This document shows, one piece after another, positions 58,937-64,000 of a stretch of 64,000 nucleotides of DNA. The DNA lies in NCBI GenBank assembly GCA_964016885.1, contig OZ024740.1:304482001-304546000 (forward strand), given 5' to 3'. The translations under genes were made by a program, and so were the position numbers. The notes below the pieces were generated by a model, which had not been told where the DNA came from, ran no database searches, and worked only from the letters and a program-made list of their open reading frames with translations. Position 1 is the stretch's first letter; each line of letters opens with the position of its first letter. The DNA comes from Eledone cirrhosa (lineage: Eukaryota).

Positions 58937-61900
58937 TCACTCATTGTTGACCTAAACAGCATCAATAACTACTACCACTACACCCATCTGTTCACTCATT
59001 GTTGACCTAAACAGCATCAATAACTACTACCACTACACCCATCTGTTCACTCATTGTTGACCTAAACAGCATCAATAACTACTACCACTACACCCATCTG
59101 TTCACTCATTGTTGACCTAAACAGCATCAATAACTACTACCACTACACCCATCTGTTCACTCATTGTTGACCTAAACAGCATCAATAACTACTACCACTA
59201 CATCCATCTGTTCACTCATTGTTGACCTAAACAGCATCAATAACTACTACCACTACACCCATCTGTTCACTCATTGTTGACCTAAACAGCATCAATAACT
59301 ACTACCACTACACCCATCTGTTCACTCATTGTTGACTTAAACAGCATCAATAACTGCTACCATTACACCCATCTGTTCACTCATTGTTGACCTAAACAGC
59401 ATCAATAACTACTACCACTACATCCATCTGTTCACTCATTGTTGACCTAAACAGTATCAATAACTACTACCACTACACCCATCTGTTCACTCATTGTTGA
59501 CTTAAACAGCATCAATAACTGCTACCACTACACCCATCTGTTCACTCATTGTTGACCTAAACAGCATCAATAACTACTACCACTACACCCATCTGTTCAC
59601 TCATTGTTGACCTAAACAGCATCAATAACTACTACCACTACACCCATCTGTTCACTCAGCGTTGACCTAAACAGCATCAATAACTACTACCACTACACCC
59701 ATCTGTTCACTCATTGTTGACCTAAACAGCATCAATAACTACTACCACTACACCCATCTGTTCACTCAGCGTTGACCTAAACAGCATCAATAACTACTAC
59801 CACTACACCCATCTGTTCACTCAGCGTTGACCTAAACAGCATCAATAACTGCTACCACTACACCCATCTGTCACTCATTGTTGACCTAAACAGCATCAAC
59901 AACTACTACCACTACACCCATCTGTTCACTCATTGTTCACCTAAACAGCATCAATAACTACTACCACTAGACCCATCTGTTCAATCATGGTTGACCTAAA
60001 CAGCATCAATAACTACTACCACTACACCCATCTGTTCACTCATTGTTGACCTAAACAGCATCAATAACTACTACCACTACACCCATCTGTTCACTCATTG
60101 TTCACCTAAACAGCATCAATAACTACTACCACTACACCCATCTGTTCACTCATGGTTGACCTAAACAGCATCAATAACTACTACCACTACACTCATCTGT
60201 TCACTCATTGTTGACCTGAACAGCATCAATAACTACTACCACTACACCCATCTGTCACTCATTGTTGACCTAAACAGTATCAATAACTACTACCACTACA
60301 CCCATCTGTTCACTCATTGTTGACCTAAACAGCATCAATAACTACTACCACTACACCCATCTGTTCACTCATTGTTGACCTAAACAGCATCAATAACTAC
60401 TACCACTACACCCATCTGTTCACTCATTGTTCACCTAAACAGCATCAATAACTACTACCACTACACCCATCTGTTCACTCATGGTTGACCTAAACAGCAT
60501 CAATAACTACTACCACTACACTCATCTGTTCACTCATTGTTGACCTAAACAGCATCAATAACTACTACCACTACACCCATCTGTTCACTCAGCGTTGACC
60601 TAAACAGCATCAATAACTACTACCACTACACCCATCTGTTCACTCATTGTTGACCTAAACAGCATCAATAACTGCTACCACTACACCCATCAGTTCACTC
60701 ATTGTTGACCTAAACAGCATCAACAACTACTACCACTACACCCATCTGTTCACTCATTGTTGACCTAAACAGTATCAATAACTGCTACCACTACACCCAT
60801 CAGTTCACTCATTGTTGACCTAAACAGCATCAATAACTACTACCACTACACCCATCTGTTCACTCATTGTTGACCTAAACAGCATAAATAACTACTACCA
60901 CTACACCCATCTGTTCACTCAGCGTTGACCTAAACAGCATCAATAACTACTACCACTACACCCATCTGTTCACTCAGCGTTGACCTAAACAGCATCAATA
61001 ACTACTACCACTACACCCATCTGTTCACTCAGCGTTCACCTAAACAGCATCAATAACTGCTACCACTACACCCATCTGTCACTCATTGTTGACCTAAACA
61101 GCATCAACAACTACTACCACTACACCCATCTGTTCACTCATTGTTCACCTAAACAGCATCAATAACTACTACCACTACACCCATCTGTTCACTCATTGTT
61201 TACCTAAACAGCATCAATAACTACTACCACTACACCCATCTGTTCACTCATGGTTGACCTAAACAGCATCAATAACTACTACCACTACACCCATCTGTTC
61301 ACTCATTGTTGACCTAAACAGCATCAATAACTACTACCACTACACCCATCTGTTCACTCATTGTTGACCTAAACAGCATCAATAACTACTACCACTACAC
61401 CCATCTGTTCACTCATGGTTGACCTAAACAGCATCAATAACTACTACCACTACACCCATCTGTTCACTCATTGTTGACCTAAACAGCATCAATAACTACT
61501 ACCACTACACCCATCTGTTCACTCATTGTTGACCTAAACAGCATCAATAACTACTACCACTACACCCATCTGTTCACTCATTGTTGACCTAAACAGCATC
61601 AATAACTACTACCACTACACCCATCTGTTCACTCATTGTTGACCTAAACAGCATCAATAACTACTACCACTACACCCATCTGTTCACTCATTGTTGACCT
61701 AAACAGCATCAATAACTACTACCACTACATCCATCTGTTCACTCATTGTTGACCTAAACAGCATCAATAACTACTACCACTACACCCATCTGTTCACTCA
61801 TTGTTGACCTAAACAGCATCAATAACTACTACCACTACACCCATCTGTTCACTCATTGTTGACTTAAACAGCATCAATAACTGCTACCATTACACCCATC

Positions 61901-63118
61901 TGTTCACTCATTGTTGACCTAAACAGCATCAATAACTACTACCACTACATCCATCTGTTCACTCATTGTTGACCTAAACAGTATCAATAACTACTACCAC
62001 TACACCCATCTGTTCACTCATTGTTGACTTAAACAGCATCAATAACTGCTACCACTACACCCATCTGTTCACTCATTGTTGACCTAAACAGCATCAATAA
62101 CTACTACCACTACACCCATCTGTTCACTCATTGTTGACCTAAACAGCATCAATAACTACTACCACTACACCCATCTGTTCACTCAGCGTTGACCTAAACA
62201 GCATCAATAACTACTACCACTACACCCATCTGTTCACTCATTGTTGACCTAAACAGCATCAATAACTACTACCACTACACCCATCTGTTCACTCAGCGTT
62301 GACCTAAACAGCATCAATAACTACTACCACTACACCCATCTGTTCACTCAGCGTTGACCTAAACAGCATCAATAACTGCTACCACTACACCCATCTGTCA
62401 CTCATTGTTGACCTAAACAGCATCAACAACTACTACCACTACACCCATCTGTTCACTCATTGTTCACCTAAACAGCATCAATAACTACTACCACTAGACC
62501 CATCTGTTCAATCATGGTTGACCTAAACAGCATCAATAACTACTACCACTACACCCATCTGTTCACTCATTGTTGACCTAAACAGCATCAATAACTACTA
62601 CCACTACACCCATCTGTTCACTCATTGTTCACCTAAACAGCATCAATAACTACTACCACTACACCCATCTGTTCACTCATGGTTGACCTAAACAGCATCA
62701 ATAACTACTACCACTACACTCATCTGTTCACTCATTGTTGACCTGAACAGCATCAATAACTACTACCACTACACCCATCTGTCACTCATTGTTGACCTAA
62801 ACAGTATCAATAACTACTACCACTACACCCATCTGTTCACTCATTGTTGACCTAAACAGCATCAATAACTACTACCACTACACCCATCTGTTCACTCATT
62901 GTTGACCTAAACAGCATCAATAACTACTACCACTACACCCATCTGTTCACTCATTGTTCACCTAAACAGCATCAATAACTACTACCACTACACCCATCTG
63001 TTCACTCATGGTTGACCTAAACAGCATCAATAACTACTACCACTACACTCATCTGTTCACTCATTGTTGACCTAAACAGCATCAATAACTACTACCACTA
63101 CACCCATCTGTTCACTCA
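58012..63118. repeat. tandem duplication of 2527 bp (46 units), overlapping the end of the 3132-bp duplication
   Basis: GACTTAAA at 59334/61861 and GACCTGAA at 60213/62740; both offset 2527. Confidence 0.9.
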
Positions 63119-64000
63119 TTGTTGACCTAAACAGCATCAACAACTACTACCACTACACCCATCTGTTCGCTCATTGTTCACCTAAACAGCATCAATAACT
63201 ACTACCACTACACCCATCTGTTCACTCATTGTTGACCTAAACAGCATCAATAACTACTACCACTACACCCATCTGTTCACTCATTGTTGACCTAAACAGT
63301 ATCAATAACTACTACCACTACACCCATCTGTTCACTCATTGTTGACCTAAACAGTATCAATAACTACTACCACTACACCCATCTGTTCAATCATGGTTGA
63401 CCTAAACAGCATCAATAACTACTACCACTACACCCATCTGTCACTCATTGTTGACCTAAACAGTATCAATAACTACTACCACTACACCCATCTGTTCAAT
63501 CATGGTTGACCGAAACAGCATCAATAACTACTACCACTACACTCATCTGTTCACTCATTGTTGACCTAAACAGCATCAATAACTACTACCACTACACCCA
63601 TCTGTCACTCATTGTTGACCTAAACAGTATCAATAACTACTACCACTACACCCATCTGTTCACTCATTGTTGACCTAAACAGCATCAATAACTACTACCA
63701 CTACACCCATCTGTTCACTCATTGTTGACCTAAACAGCATCAATAACTACTACCACTACACCCATCTGTTCACTCATTGTTGACCTAAACAGCATCAACA
63801 ACTACTACCACTACACCCATCTGTTCAATCATGGTTGACCTAAACAGCATCAATAACTACTACCACTACACCCATCTGTTCACTCATTGTTGACCTAAAC
63901 AGCATCAATAACTACTACCACTACACCCATCTGTTCACTCATTGTTGACCTAAACAGCATCAATAACTGCTACCACTACACCCATCTGTTCACTCATTGT

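Larger units (their letters stand above)
843..64000. repeat. 55-bp satellite DNA array, ~1,150 tandem units, runs off the window end
   Basis: Consensus TTGACCTAAACAGCATCAATAACTACTACCACTACACCCATCTGTTCACTCATTG recurs every 55 bp (e.g. CAGYATCAAT at 5221, 5276, 5331). Minor 54-bp units (CTGTCAC) and rare 56-bp units (AGCATTTAAT at ~7803, ~11484) occur. Units typically carry 0-3 substitutions. No inversion or foreign insertion seen. Confidence 0.99.

Noticed and set aside
843-64000. CRISPR array or spacer-bearing repeat system
   Set aside because: Units are head-to-tail with no unique spacers, variation is limited to recurring point alleles, and there are no cas or other genes.
843-64000. Telomeric repeat or G-quadruplex array
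   Set aside because: Only one CCTAA(A) per 55 bp, not tandem TTAGG/TTAGGG. The minus strand has a single GGG per unit, too sparse for a canonical G4.
843-64000. Tandem tRNA, 5S, snRNA or spliced-leader gene cluster, or ribozyme array
   Set aside because: The unit is only 55 bp with 4 G, has no Pol III A/B boxes, cloverleaf or hammerhead core that I can identify, and forms only short weak stems.
843-64000. Variant pattern as an information-bearing code or programmed diversification cassette
   Set aside because: Variant order is explained by block duplication of pre-existing monomer types. No recombinase, reverse transcriptase or expression site is present in the window.
843-64000. Pure sequencing or concatemer artefact
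   Set aside because: Variants recur as linked haplotypes at exact multi-kb offsets, unlike random read error. Exact copy number of the youngest blocks still needs read support.

Overview
This window is almost entirely eukaryotic tandem-repeat DNA. I find no credible protein-coding gene, RNA gene or CRISPR array. Bases 1-470 are the end of a degenerate 48-bp minisatellite. Bases ~470-842 are a short non-tandem spacer that looks like retroelement/transposon remnants: two diverged copies of a GGCATTAGGAAGG.CATCCAGCTGT-type core that I recall from Octopus/cephalopod SINEs (memory only, not searched), plus a piggyBac-like AGGG|TTAA end. From 843 to the window end runs one uninterrupted, single-orientation 55-bp satellite (consensus TTGACCTAAACAGCATCAATAACTACTACCACTACACCCATCTGTTCACTCATTG; about 1,150 copies; 18 C versus 4 G per unit). 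All five supplied ORFs are by-products of 48-bp or 54-bp repeat units. The informative signal has three parts: (i) both satellites abut copies of the same element core, suggesting they arose inside mobile elements; (ii) rare variants reveal nested higher-order duplications with periods of 109, 165, 1650, 2527, 3132, ~3400-3680, 4726 and 6211 bp; (iii) several recurrent variants perfect internal quasi-palindromes or homogenise internal sub-repeats. All counts and offsets were read by eye from marker variants, not from a computed alignment.
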